From Dehalococcoidia bacterium (lineage in GTDB: Bacteria > Chloroflexota > Dehalococcoidia > Plut-88900), in NCBI GenBank assembly GCA_965197645.1, contig OZ240219.1, positions 2,816,001 through 2,880,000 of the forward strand: DNA of 64,000 nt. The letters are read 5' to 3'. The position numbers and the translations under genes were made by a program. This document shows positions 47,280 to 60,649 of the stretch, piece after piece (positions within the stretch are counted from its first letter, which is position 1; every line of letters begins with the position of its first letter). The notes beneath the pieces were generated by a model. That model was not told the DNA's origin. It saw only the letters and a program-made list of their open reading frames with translations, and ran no database searches.

Positions 47280-48591
47280 TCGCCCCACCCTGTTTCTCGG
47301 CCACTACGTCCTCTATCAGCCCCCTGAGCTCTTGCATCTCTATTGTATCGACTACCTCTTGAGCGAACCCTCGGACCAGGAACCGTCGAGCATCTTCGGC
47401 GCTTACCCCCCGGCTGTTCAGGTAGAATACTGCCTCGTCGTCGAGCTGCCCCACTGTCGCTCCGTGAGAGCACTTGAGGTCGTCGGCGAATATCTCCAGC
47501 TGGGGCTTGGTGTTCACCTCTGCCCGCTCTGCCAACAGCAGGTTGCGATTGGTCTGGTTGGAGTCAATCTGGCGGGTGCCCTGCCGGGCCACGACCTTGC
47601 CATTGAACACCGCCTTGGACCGTCCGTCCAGTATCCCTTTGTACAGCTGCCGGCTGCGGGTGAAAGAAGCGGCGTGGTCGACGCTGGTGTGGTTATCGAT
47701 GTGCTGCCCATCGCTGGTGATGAACAGACCGTTGAGTGCGCACTCGCTCCCTTCGCCTTCCATGTCTACGTTGAGATCGTTCCGGCCCAACTTGGCGCCC
47801 ACGTCCAGCGAGAAGACGGAGGCCTGGCTGTCACGGGCCTGGTGTATCTGGATTGTGCCGATGTGGAAGGCTTCGACTCCCTCGCGCTGTAGTTTGAAGT
47901 GCTCCAGCCGGGCGTTCTCGCCGACAACCGCTTCGGTCACCGCGTTAGTGAACGAAGGCCCATCCCCGATGTAGCTTTCGATAATGGTGGCCTTGCTGCC
48001 CCTCTCCAGAACGATCAGGTTCCGTGGATAGGCGACCACCGCCCCCTCGGCGGAGGTGACAAAAATCAGGTGAACGGGGTTGTACAGCTCTACTCCGGCC
48101 GGAACGTGAACGTAGCCGCCGTCCTCCATGAATGCGGAGTTGAGCCCAATGAACCCGTTGCTCTCCAGGTCTGCGTAGCGGCCAAGATGCTTTTCAACTG
48201 TCTCGGAATCGACGGCCTCCGCGAGGCTGCCCACCGAGTCGTGAGCGATGGAAGAGAGCTCCTCATTGAAGACGCCGTTCAGGAAGACGAGGCTGCTCCA
48301 ACCGGGTTTGTCAACGGTCAACCCGTCGATTTCGGCTTCCGACAGGGCAACGCCGGTGCAATCCCGGGCATGGGCATACCGGGTTCGGCCTATCGGCGCT
48401 ACGTTGGTGTACTTCCAGTCTTCGTGCCGAGTCGTGGGAAATCCGTGGGCCTCGAATCGGGCGAATCCCTTGGCCCGAAACCGGCTGAGCCACTCCGGGT
48501 CTGCTGTATCGGAGCTGCTGCGGAATGACTCGAACTGGGACGTATAGGCCTCGTGTGCCCGTTGAACCTGTACCGTATCGCTTCCTGCCAT
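47272..48591 (-). CDS. sufD: Fe-S cluster assembly protein SufD
   Basis: EDWKYT, SRQLYKG, KPQLEIFADDLKCSHGAT. Confidence 0.95.
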   Translation of the reverse strand: MAGSDTVQVQRAHEAYTSQFESFRSSSDTADPEWLSRFRAKGFARFEAHGFPTTRHEDWKYTNVAPIGRTRYAHARDCTGVALSEAEIDGLTVDKPGWSSLVFLNGVFNEELSSIAHDSVGSLAEAVDSETVEKHLGRYADLESNGFIGLNSAFMEDGGYVHVPAGVELYNPVHLIFVTSAEGAVVAYPRNLIVLERGSKATIIESYIGDGPSFTNAVTEAVVGENARLEHFKLQREGVEAFHIGTIQIHQARDSQASVFSLDVGAKLGRNDLNVDMEGEGSECALNGLFITSDGQHIDNHTSVDHAASFTRSRQLYKGILDGRSKAVFNGKVVARQGTRQIDSNQTNRNLLLAERAEVNTKPQLEIFADDLKCSHGATVGQLDDEAVFYLNSRGVSAEDARRFLVRGFAQEVVDTIEMQELRGLIEDVVAEKQGGANG

Positions 48592-48607
48592 CTCCAGTCG
48601 CCGGTCG

Positions 48608-49372
48608 TTACCCCGCCTTGACCTGCTCCCTGACCCAATCGTAGCCGTGCTCCTCCAGGTGCAGGGCGAGGTCCCTGCCGCCGGACTCCACTATCCGGCC
48701 TTCCAGCAGAACGTGGACGAAGTCCGGGGTGATGTAGTTGAGAATACGCTGATAGTGGGTGATCAGCAGGATGGCGTTGGACGGGGTGCGAAGCATGTTC
48801 ACACCGTTGGCCACGGTCTTCAGCGCATCGATATCCAGCCCCGAGTCCGTCTCGTCGAGGACCGCCAGGGTTGGTTCCAACACCGCCATCTGCAGTATCT
48901 CGTTGCGCTTTTTTTCGCCTCCGGAGAAGCCGTCGTTCACCGCCCGGTTGACGTAGCTGGAGTCCATGTCCACCACTTTCAGCTTCTCCTTGAGGACCCT
49001 GTAGAACTCCACCGCGTCCAGCTCCTCCAGCCCCTGGGCCTGCCGCAGGGAGTTGTACGCCGTCTTCATGAACTCGTTGTTGGTCACGCCAGGGATCTCA
49101 AGGGGGTACTGGAAGGCCATGAAGAGCCCTTCCCGGGCCCTCTCCTCAGGCAGCATCTCCAGCAGGTCCCTGCCCTTGTAGGCCACCTCGCCTTCCGTAA
49201 CGTGATAGGCGAAGTGTCCCGCCAGCACCCGGGCCAGCGTGCTCTTGCCCGAGCCGTTGGGTCCCATGACCGCGTGCGCTTCGCCCTCGTTGATCTGAAG
49301 GTCTATGCCCTTGAGTATCTCTACGTCTTCGACGCCTGCGTGCAGATTTCTGATATCCAGGATGGTCGACAT
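48608..49372 (-). CDS. sufC: Fe-S cluster assembly ATPase SufC
   Basis: MGPNGSGKST, FSGGEKKRNE, LDETDSGLD, ITHY. Confidence 0.97.
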   Translation of the reverse strand: MSTILDIRNLHAGVEDVEILKGIDLQINEGEAHAVMGPNGSGKSTLARVLAGHFAYHVTEGEVAYKGRDLLEMLPEERAREGLFMAFQYPLEIPGVTNNEFMKTAYNSLRQAQGLEELDAVEFYRVLKEKLKVVDMDSSYVNRAVNDGFSGGEKKRNEILQMAVLEPTLAVLDETDSGLDIDALKTVANGVNMLRTPSNAILLITHYQRILNYITPDFVHVLLEGRIVESGGRDLALHLEEHGYDWVREQVKAG

Positions 49373-49378
49373 GGCTAT

Positions 49379-50824
<1,446 letters not shown>

Positions 50825-51305
50825 TCTCGCTCTTATCTGCCCCGCGCTAGGTGCGGGCCAACTTTCACGTTTCCCTCTCGATCCGTTTACGTCCCTTTAC
50901 ATGAAACACGGGTCGAGCTTGACGATGTTTCTCCACCGATCCAGCCCAGGCCCGATATTGCTCCAATTCGGTTCAGGTCCATTATACCGCCTCATTTATT
51001 ATAACGTTTCCTCTAATAATTACCACTAGATATTAACTCGGTTTGCACACCCTTTGTTCTATCGACCTGAAAAACGGCGTTTTGACGGGTGGTGAGGAGC
51101 CTGCGGATGCAATCCGGGGCGGGGCTTCGCCCTATCTTCACTCATGCTATGGGTACAGGGCCTCGCCCTGCCTCTGGCAAGGGGGCTGGGGGATGTGCCT
51201 CCGGCCCCCTTTACATTTTCCAGACCCTATCCGATGATGAAAGCGAGCCGGGCATACCCCTCTGCAGCGTGGCCCTGCGCTGGCTGGGAAAGGAGCACAT
51301 AAAAC

Positions 51306-52703
51306 ATGACGGCGACGAAGCCAACCAGGACAGAGCGAGATTCCATGGGCCCGATGGAGGTCCCCATCGACGCCTACTACGGCGCCTCGACGATGCGCGC
51401 TGTCCAGAACTTCCCCATCAGTGATCTCCGGTTGCCCCGCAGCTTCATCCGGGCCCTCGGCCTCATCAAACAGGCGGCGGCTAGGGTCAACATGGACCTC
51501 GGTCTCCTCGACGAAACCAACGGCAACGCCATAGTTGATGCGGCCCAGGAGGTGATTGACGGCGACCTGGACGACCACTTCGTCCTGGATGTCTTCCAGA
51601 CCGGATCGGGCACCTCTACCAACATGAACGCCAACGAGGTGATAGCCAACCGCGCCACCGAGATCCTCGGCGGCGAGCGAGGCGCCCACCTGGTCCACCC
51701 CAACGACCACGTCAATCGGGGCCAGTCCTCCAACGACGTTATCCCCACCGCCATCCACCTGGCCGCCCACATCGAGATCAAAGACCGCCTCGTCCCCGCT
51801 CTCACCCGGCTTAAGGAGGCCTTGGAGGCCAAGTCCAAGGAGTTCTGGCCGGTAGTCAAGACGGGCCGTACCCACCTCCAGGACGCCACGCCCATCCGGC
51901 TAGGCCAAGAGTTCCAGGGCTTTGCATCCCAGGTAGAGCTGGGCTTGAGGCGGCTGGAGCATGCCCGACAGGAGCTCTCCGAGGTTGCCTTGGGCGGCAC
52001 CGCCGTGGGTACTGGTGTAAACACCCACCCGGAGTTTGCCTCCCGCGTCACCGCAGCTATATCGACGACCGCCGATATGCACGTCCGGGAGACGGAGCAC
52101 CATTTCCAGGCCCAGAACACTCTGGACGGGGTGGTGGAGACCAGCGCCGTCCTTCGCACCATTGCTATCAGCCTGAACAAGATAGCCAACGATATCCGGT
52201 GGATGGGCTCGGGTCCCCGGGCCGGCCTGGGAGAGCTCACCCTGCCCGAGGTGCAGCCCGGCAGCTCCATAATGCCGGGCAAGGTGAACCCTGTCATCGC
52301 CGAGTCCCTCACCCAGGTCTGCGCACAGGTCATCGGCAACGACTCCACAGTAGCTGTAGCAGGACAGGGCAGCTACTTCGAGCTGAACCTGATGATGCCG
52401 GTGGCGGCCTACAACCTGCTCCAGTCCATCTCTCTGCTCGGTGCATCGGCCGACAACTTTGCCGAGCAGTGTGTCCGGGGGATTAAGGCCACCGAGCAGG
52501 GCCCCACTATGGTGGAGCGCGGCCTGATGATCGGGACGGTGCTGGCCCCAGTAATCGGCTACGACGCCTCGGCCGAGATAGCCAAAGAGGCGGCCAAGAC
52601 GGGCAGGACAATCCGGGAGGTATCCAGAGAGCGCACCGACCTCTCCGACGAAGAGCTAGACCGCGTCCTCAACCCCGAACGCATGGTAGAGCCCTCCGCC
52701 TGA
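51306..52703 (+). CDS. fumC: Class II fumarate hydratase
   Basis: RTERDSMG, QTGSGTSTNMN, GRTHLQDA, GSSIMPGKVNP. Confidence 0.93.
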   Translation: MTATKPTRTERDSMGPMEVPIDAYYGASTMRAVQNFPISDLRLPRSFIRALGLIKQAAARVNMDLGLLDETNGNAIVDAAQEVIDGDLDDHFVLDVFQTGSGTSTNMNANEVIANRATEILGGERGAHLVHPNDHVNRGQSSNDVIPTAIHLAAHIEIKDRLVPALTRLKEALEAKSKEFWPVVKTGRTHLQDATPIRLGQEFQGFASQVELGLRRLEHARQELSEVALGGTAVGTGVNTHPEFASRVTAAISTTADMHVRETEHHFQAQNTLDGVVETSAVLRTIAISLNKIANDIRWMGSGPRAGLGELTLPEVQPGSSIMPGKVNPVIAESLTQVCAQVIGNDSTVAVAGQGSYFELNLMMPVAAYNLLQSISLLGASADNFAEQCVRGIKATEQGPTMVERGLMIGTVLAPVIGYDASAEIAKEAAKTGRTIREVSRERTDLSDEELDRVLNPERMVEPSA

Positions 52704-52721
52704 CCCAACCCCCTGGCCCTC

Positions 52722-53810
52722 TTACACCTTGATAACGGACCTTAGCGTCTCTCCTCGCTCCATGGCCTCGAACGCCTCCCGGGTCTCCTCCAGCTTGATC
52801 ACCCGGGTCACTACCCGGTCCAGGTCCAGCTTGCCCTGCAGGTACCACTCGGCCAGCATGGGGAAGTCCCGAGACGGCAGATTGTCGCCGTACCAGCTCA
52901 CCCTGAGCGAGCCACCCAGCCCGAAGAACTGGAGCATCGGCAGCTCCATCACCATCGTCGGATCGGGCACTCCTATGAGGGTGCAGACCCCCGCCAGGTC
53001 CCGGGACCACAGGGCCTGCAACAGTGTTCCCGGCTGGCCCACCGCTTCAAAGGAATAGTCGACCCCGTTGCCACCCGTCAGCTCCTTTATCGCCTCCACC
53101 GGGTCCGACTTCGATGCGTCCACTACATCGGTCGCCCCGAACTCGACCGCCCAGTCCAGCTTGTTCTGGGCAATGTCTACCCCGATGATCTTGTTGGCGT
53201 TGGCCAGCTTCGCCCCCATGATCACGCTGCATCCGATGCCTCCACACCCGTACACGGCGACGCTGCTGCCGCGACGTACCCCAGCCGTGTACAACGCCGC
53301 ACCGATACCCGTGGTCACTCCGCACCCGAGCAGCGAGGCCTGCTCCGGCGGGCATTCCCGTGGGACGGGCACCGCCTGCTTGGCCGACACTACGGTATGA
53401 GTGCAGAAGGTCCCTATTCCCAAGGCCGGGTTCAGCTGCGCCCCATCCTTCTTGGCGAACATCCTGGGCTCGGCATTCAGGCTGGCAGAACACAGATGCG
53501 GCTGGCCTATGGAACAGAACCGGCACTTCTCGCACGGCGCCCTCCACGCAAGCACCACGTAGTCTCCCACCTGGGGCGAGTCTACACCCTCGCCCACCGC
53601 CTCCACTATTCCCGCGCCCTCGTGGCCCAGAAGAAAGGGGAAATCGTTGGTGATCTTGCCCTGCTGGTAGTGCAGGTCCGTGTGGCACACGCCGCTGGCC
53701 TGGATACGCACCAGCACCTCCCCCGGTCCAGGATCATCTATCCTTATCTCCTCCACCTGCTCCGGCTCTCCCGCCTTCCGAGAAATCACTCCCAGTCCGT
53801 CTATGGACAT
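52722..53810 (-). CDS. Zn-dependent dehydrogenase, S-(hydroxymethyl)mycothiol dehydrogenase/MscR-like
   Basis: GVCHTDLHY, FPFLLGHE, W+RAPC..CRFC, LGIGTF, SWYGDNLPSRDFP. Confidence 0.75.
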   Translation of the reverse strand: MSIDGLGVISRKAGEPEQVEEIRIDDPGPGEVLVRIQASGVCHTDLHYQQGKITNDFPFLLGHEGAGIVEAVGEGVDSPQVGDYVVLAWRAPCEKCRFCSIGQPHLCSASLNAEPRMFAKKDGAQLNPALGIGTFCTHTVVSAKQAVPVPRECPPEQASLLGCGVTTGIGAALYTAGVRRGSSVAVYGCGGIGCSVIMGAKLANANKIIGVDIAQNKLDWAVEFGATDVVDASKSDPVEAIKELTGGNGVDYSFEAVGQPGTLLQALWSRDLAGVCTLIGVPDPTMVMELPMLQFFGLGGSLRVSWYGDNLPSRDFPMLAEWYLQGKLDLDRVVTRVIKLEETREAFEAMERGETLRSVIKV

Positions 53811-53932
53811 CCGTTTTCTCCTCTCTCAGTTCGAAATTGTCAGTATAGTATCACCCGCCCCGTAGCGAACAAGAAGGGGCGGCGCGTGACGGCGACTAGT
53901 ATAATGGACTGTACACTGATAGGGGGAAGGAT

Positions 53933-54340
53933 ATGACGACAGGAATCAAGATAACCCGGATGGACCACATCGTCCTTAACACCAGAGACGTGGACGCCAC
54001 TCTACACTTCTATACCGATCTCCTCGGTCTTTCACCCGAGCGGGTTGACGAGTTCAAAGCCGGCAAAGCCCCATTCCCCTCGGTGCGGATCAACTCGGAT
54101 ACCATAATCGATCTTCAGCCGGCGACGGACGAAGAGCGGGCACAAGATGCCGTCGCCAACCAGGACCACTTCTGCCTGGTTCTGGAGCCCACCGACATGG
54201 AGCAGCTGGCGTCGGACCTGCGAGACCAGGGCGTCACTGTCACCGAGGGGCCTGTCACCCGCTGGGGTGCCCACGGCAACGCGACCTCCATCTACATCAC
54301 CGGCCCCGACGACAATCTCATCGAGCTGCGCCACTACTAG
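53933..54340 (+). CDS. VOC/glyoxalase family protein
   Basis: MDHIVL, DHFCL, GPVTRWGA, IYITGPDDNLIEL. Confidence 0.9.
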   Translation: MTTGIKITRMDHIVLNTRDVDATLHFYTDLLGLSPERVDEFKAGKAPFPSVRINSDTIIDLQPATDEERAQDAVANQDHFCLVLEPTDMEQLASDLRDQGVTVTEGPVTRWGAHGNATSIYITGPDDNLIELRHY

Positions 54341-54444
54341 GTTTGGGCGAGCCCGATTTTCTTGACCGCTATTCGTGCCTATGCTAGTATCCGGCCATCG
54401 CCCCTATCTCAGGTAGGGGTCTCTTTTCGTAAGATGTAGGAAGG

Positions 54445-55368
54445 TTGTTGGTGTTAGAGGAGCTCAGCCAGATTACCCACTCCGGTGGCACAGCCGTCAC
54501 TATCGGCGTGTTCGATGGGGTGCATCTGGGTCACCAGCAGCTCATTAGGCGTACCGTCGAGGCCGCCTCCCAGCGGGGTCTCCAGTCTCTGGTGGTCACC
54601 TTTCGAAACCATCCTCGCACCGTGCTCACACCGGGCTTCAAACCCCAATACCTGACCGGCATCGATGAACGGGTCCGGCTGCTCAAGTCCCTGGGAGTCG
54701 ACCACGTGGCGGCAATCAGCTTCAGCCGCGAGACCTCCCGGCTGCGGGCGCGGGAGTTCGTGTCTCTCCTTCGTAAACACGGGGGAATGGAGCTGCTGGT
54801 GGTAGGCCCCGACTTCGCCATGGGCAAGAACCGCGAGGGTGACGTTCCGACACTGACGGCCCTCGGCCATGAGCTGGGCTTCGACGTGATAACCGTTGAG
54901 TTCGCCCAGCTCGAAGGCCGCGAGGTCAGCAGCACGTCCATTCGAGAGGCCCTAACCACCGGCGACGTGTCCAGGGCCCTCAGCTACCAGGGCCGGCCCT
55001 TCAGCTTGACCGGCCTCGTTGTGGGAGGCGAGAAGCGAGGCCAGGTCCTCGGCTTCCCCACCGCCAACGTGGATGTCGAAGAGACCACAGCCGTCCCCGC
55101 CGACGGCATCTACGCCACCCGGGCCATCGTAGACGGCGCGTGCCACGATTCGGCCACCTACATCGGCACCAGGCCCACCTTCGAGCAGTCCAACCGCGTG
55201 ATCGAGGTCTTCATACTCGATTTCCAGGGAGACCTGTACAGCCGGCAGCTCACCATCCAGTTCATCGATAGAATCAGGGGAGACATGACCTTCGCCAACC
55301 CGGACGAACTGATAGCCCAGATGGAGAAGGACGTTGCCCAGGCCCAGGAGGTACTGGCCGGAGCCTAG
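54445..55368 (+). CDS. ribF: Bifunctional riboflavin kinase/FAD synthetase
   Basis: IGVFDGVHLGHQ, VSSTSIR, GFPTAN, GTRPTF. Confidence 0.95.
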   Translation: MLVLEELSQITHSGGTAVTIGVFDGVHLGHQQLIRRTVEAASQRGLQSLVVTFRNHPRTVLTPGFKPQYLTGIDERVRLLKSLGVDHVAAISFSRETSRLRAREFVSLLRKHGGMELLVVGPDFAMGKNREGDVPTLTALGHELGFDVITVEFAQLEGREVSSTSIREALTTGDVSRALSYQGRPFSLTGLVVGGEKRGQVLGFPTANVDVEETTAVPADGIYATRAIVDGACHDSATYIGTRPTFEQSNRVIEVFILDFQGDLYSRQLTIQFIDRIRGDMTFANPDELIAQMEKDVAQAQEVLAGA

Positions 55369-55371
55369 CCG

Positions 55372-56637
55372 ATGCCGAACGAGCAAATCACCCACATTCT
55401 GAACAGGGCCGTGGCTGAGGTCATCGTCCGGAAGGAGCTGGAGAAGCTCCTTGACGAGGGCAAGCCCCTCCGGCTCAAGATGGGCTTCGACCCCAGCCGA
55501 CCCGACATACACCTGGGCCACGCCGTCGGTCTCCGCAAGCTCCGCCAGCTCCAGGAGTTGGGCCACCGGCTGACGCTGATTGTCGGCGATTGGACAGCCC
55601 AGATAGGCGATCCCAGCGGCCAGTCCCTCACCCGGCCCATGCTCACCGCAGAGGAAGTCCGCTCCAACGCCCGCACCTACATGGACCAGTTCTTCAAGAT
55701 TGTCGATAAGGACCGGACCGAAGTCCGCTGGCAGACCGAGTGGTTCGGAGAGTTCACCCTCGCCGATGTCATCAAGCTCACCAGTAAGTTCACCGTGGCC
55801 CAGCTGCTGGCCAGAGACGATTTTTCCAAGCGCTACGCCGCCAACAAGCCTATCGCCATCACCGAGTTTCTCTATCCGCTCCTACAGGCCTACGACTCCG
55901 TAGTCCTCGAAGCCGACGTGGAGTTCGGCGGCACGGACCAGAAGTTCAACCTGCTGCTCGGTCGGGAGCTCCAGGGCATGACCGGTCAACGCCCCCAGCA
56001 ATGCCTCCTCGTGCCCATTCTGGTCGGCACGGACGGTGTGCATCGCATGAGCAAGAGCCTGGACAACTACATCGGCATCGACGAGCCGGCCAGGGATACG
56101 TACTTCAAGGTCATGCGGCTCAAAGACGACCAGATGATGAACTATTTCGACCTGGTAACCGACGTACCGGAGGCGGAGCTGAACGAGATGGAGCAGGCCC
56201 TGGAGAATCGCTCTGTCAACCCCATGGAGCTGAAGAAGCGTCTCGCCAGGGAGATAGTCACCCAGTTCCACTCCAGCGAGGCCGCCGCGCGGTCCGAGGG
56301 GGAGTTCGAGAAGATAGTCCAGCGCAAGGAAGCTCCTGACCGGGTCATCGAGTTCGAGCTGTCCCTGTCCGATCCCGCCTCAGGCCCCAACCGGCAGATC
56401 CTGATCTCATCGGAGAAGGACGTAGGATTGGTAAATCTACCTCAGCTGTTCTTGAGGACGGGAGTAGTCGGCACCGCATCGGAGGGCAAGAGATTGATCA
56501 AGGGAGGGGGAGTCCAGATCGATGGAGAGAAGCTGTACTCGCCCACCGTGTCCGTAGCGGACGTATCTGACGGCACCCTCATAAAAGCCGGCAAACGACA
56601 CACCATCAAAATCGTTAACACAGACGGCAAGAGCTAG
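55372..56637 (+). CDS. tyrS: Tyrosyl-tRNA synthetase
   Basis: GFDPSRPDIHLGH, YPLLQAYDS, GGTDQKFN, RMSKS. Confidence 0.96.
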   Translation: MPNEQITHILNRAVAEVIVRKELEKLLDEGKPLRLKMGFDPSRPDIHLGHAVGLRKLRQLQELGHRLTLIVGDWTAQIGDPSGQSLTRPMLTAEEVRSNARTYMDQFFKIVDKDRTEVRWQTEWFGEFTLADVIKLTSKFTVAQLLARDDFSKRYAANKPIAITEFLYPLLQAYDSVVLEADVEFGGTDQKFNLLLGRELQGMTGQRPQQCLLVPILVGTDGVHRMSKSLDNYIGIDEPARDTYFKVMRLKDDQMMNYFDLVTDVPEAELNEMEQALENRSVNPMELKKRLAREIVTQFHSSEAAARSEGEFEKIVQRKEAPDRVIEFELSLSDPASGPNRQILISSEKDVGLVNLPQLFLRTGVVGTASEGKRLIKGGGVQIDGEKLYSPTVSVADVSDGTLIKAGKRHTIKIVNTDGKS

Positions 56638-56641
56638 GAAC

Positions 56642-57745
56642 ATGGCAGAGAATCAACCCAACTTAAGAATCCCCGGCCCCACCCCCGTCCCCGACGAGGT
56701 GCTGCAGGCCGCATCCGGCCCCATGATCAACCACCGCGGTCCCACCTTCAAGGCCATTATCGATAGGGTCACCGACAAGCTAAAACGCCTCTTCCAGACC
56801 GAGGACGACCTTTACATCCTCACCGCTTCCGGCACCGGCGCCATGGAGGCCTCCCTGGTCAACACTCTGTCGCCGGGAGACAAGGTGCTGGCCCTCGTCA
56901 TCGGCGAGTTCGGACAACGTTACGCCGGAATGGCCCGAGCCCACGGCGCCGATGTAACCGTCCTCGAATCCGAGCTCGGCTCCGTGGCCGACCCGGACGA
57001 AGTAAAAGCAGCTCTGGACTCCGATCCAGATATCAAAGCCGTGCTGGTAACCCACAACGAGACCTCCACCGGCGTTACCAACGATCTCGCCGCGATCGCC
57101 CAGGTAGCTAAAGACCACGACAAGCTGCTGCTGGTCGATGCCATCAGCAGCATCGGCTCCATCGAGCTGGCCGTCGACGCCTGGGGCTGCGACATCGTGG
57201 CTACCGCTTCCCAGAAGGGTTGGATGGCGCCCCCCGGACTGGCCATGGTCAGCGTTAGCCAGAAGGCATGGGAGGCGAACGCCGAAGCCAGGATGCCGCG
57301 CTACTACTTCGACCTTGCAACTGCAAAGTCCTACCTGGAGCGGGGCCAGACTCCCTGGACCCCCAGCCTCTCCATCTTCTTCGCCATGGACACCAGCCTG
57401 GAGATCATGGAGAAGGAGGGCCTGGCCAACATCATAGAGCGTCATGCCACTGTTTCCCGCCGCACCCGTGAGGGGGTAAAGTCGTTGGGCCTCTCTCTCC
57501 TCGCTCGGCAGGAGGAGTGGGCCTCCAACACCGTCACCGCAGTGAACGGCCCCGAAGGCATTGACGTTACCGAACTTCTGCGCATCATGCGCGAAGAGCA
57601 CAAAGTGGTCCTGGCCGGTGGCCCTGGCTCCCTGGCCGGCAAGATATTCCGCATCGGCCACCTGGGATACGTGACGGAGCAGGACATCGATGACGTCATA
57701 AGTTCCCTGAAACTGACTTTGGACAAGCTCGGCTTCAAAGGCTAG
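56642..57745 (+). CDS. Class V PLP aminotransferase (alanine-glyoxylate/serine-pyruvate type)
   Basis: IPGPTP, SGTGAME, HNETSTG, DAISS, SQKG, FRIGHLG. Confidence 0.93.
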   Translation: MAENQPNLRIPGPTPVPDEVLQAASGPMINHRGPTFKAIIDRVTDKLKRLFQTEDDLYILTASGTGAMEASLVNTLSPGDKVLALVIGEFGQRYAGMARAHGADVTVLESELGSVADPDEVKAALDSDPDIKAVLVTHNETSTGVTNDLAAIAQVAKDHDKLLLVDAISSIGSIELAVDAWGCDIVATASQKGWMAPPGLAMVSVSQKAWEANAEARMPRYYFDLATAKSYLERGQTPWTPSLSIFFAMDTSLEIMEKEGLANIIERHATVSRRTREGVKSLGLSLLARQEEWASNTVTAVNGPEGIDVTELLRIMREEHKVVLAGGPGSLAGKIFRIGHLGYVTEQDIDDVISSLKLTLDKLGFKG

Positions 57746-57907
57746 CCGGACCGAGCCTTTCCATTGACGGCCGGCTGCCTCATGACGCTGGCGCAGTTGG
57801 CAGCACATCTCAGGTGTGTCTCAAAAGGCCGGATGTCTACGTCCCAGGCGCACGACCCCGTACGATGGTGTAGTTGGCGGCACACCCCTTCCTGATCAAC
57901 TGTATAA

Positions 57908-59959
<2,052 letters not shown>

Positions 59960-60568
59960 ATGCTGTTCTTCTGGAGAAAAAATGAACGGCCGACCAGACC
60001 GGATATCGCCATCGTCGGCCTGGGCAACCCCGGCCCCGAGTACGCCGCCAGCCGCCACAACGTCGGCTTCATGTGCATAGACCACTTCGCCCAGGCCAAC
60101 AACATCCCCTTGGACAATCGCCGGGGCAACCTGCGATGGGGCGAAGGGCATTTACGCCTGAACGATACCGACAAACACCTGCTTCTGGCCCGGCCCCGTA
60201 CCTTCATGAACCAGAGCGGAGAGGCCGTTCACTACCTCTGCACCCGCTGGCGTACGAGACCCGAAGAGCTGCTGATCATCTACGACGAAATGCACCTTCC
60301 CCTGGGCACGATAAGGCTGCGTATCCGGGGCAGCTCTGCCGGCCACAACGGCATCCAATCGGTCATGAACGCGGTAGGGACCCAGGAGGTGCCTCGCATC
60401 AGATTGGGAATAGGGCGAAGCACCGACGTCGGCAACGTCGATTACGTGCTGGGCGATTTCACCGATGAAGAGATGAAGGTGGTCAACGAGATGATCACCA
60501 CCGCCTCCGAAGCCATCCTCACTATCCTGACCAACGGCCCGGAAGCGGCCATGAGCAAGTTCAACTGA
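59960..60568 (+). CDS. pth: Peptidyl-tRNA hydrolase
   Basis: VGLGNPG..Y..RHNVGF, TFMNQSG, GHNG, RIRLGIGR. Confidence 0.96.
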   Translation: MLFFWRKNERPTRPDIAIVGLGNPGPEYAASRHNVGFMCIDHFAQANNIPLDNRRGNLRWGEGHLRLNDTDKHLLLARPRTFMNQSGEAVHYLCTRWRTRPEELLIIYDEMHLPLGTIRLRIRGSSAGHNGIQSVMNAVGTQEVPRIRLGIGRSTDVGNVDYVLGDFTDEEMKVVNEMITTASEAILTILTNGPEAAMSKFN

Positions 60569-60571
60569 ACG

Positions 60572-60612
60572 CAATTTCGCCACCCCTCAACCAACAAGGG
60601 ATGGCGAAATTG
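60572..60612. terminator. Hairpin between convergent pth and moeB
   Basis: CAATTTCGCCA...TGGCGAAATTG inverted repeat. Confidence 0.55.
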
Positions 60613-60649
60613 ATTCGTACGAAGATTCAGCGATGGGCGCCAGACAGCC

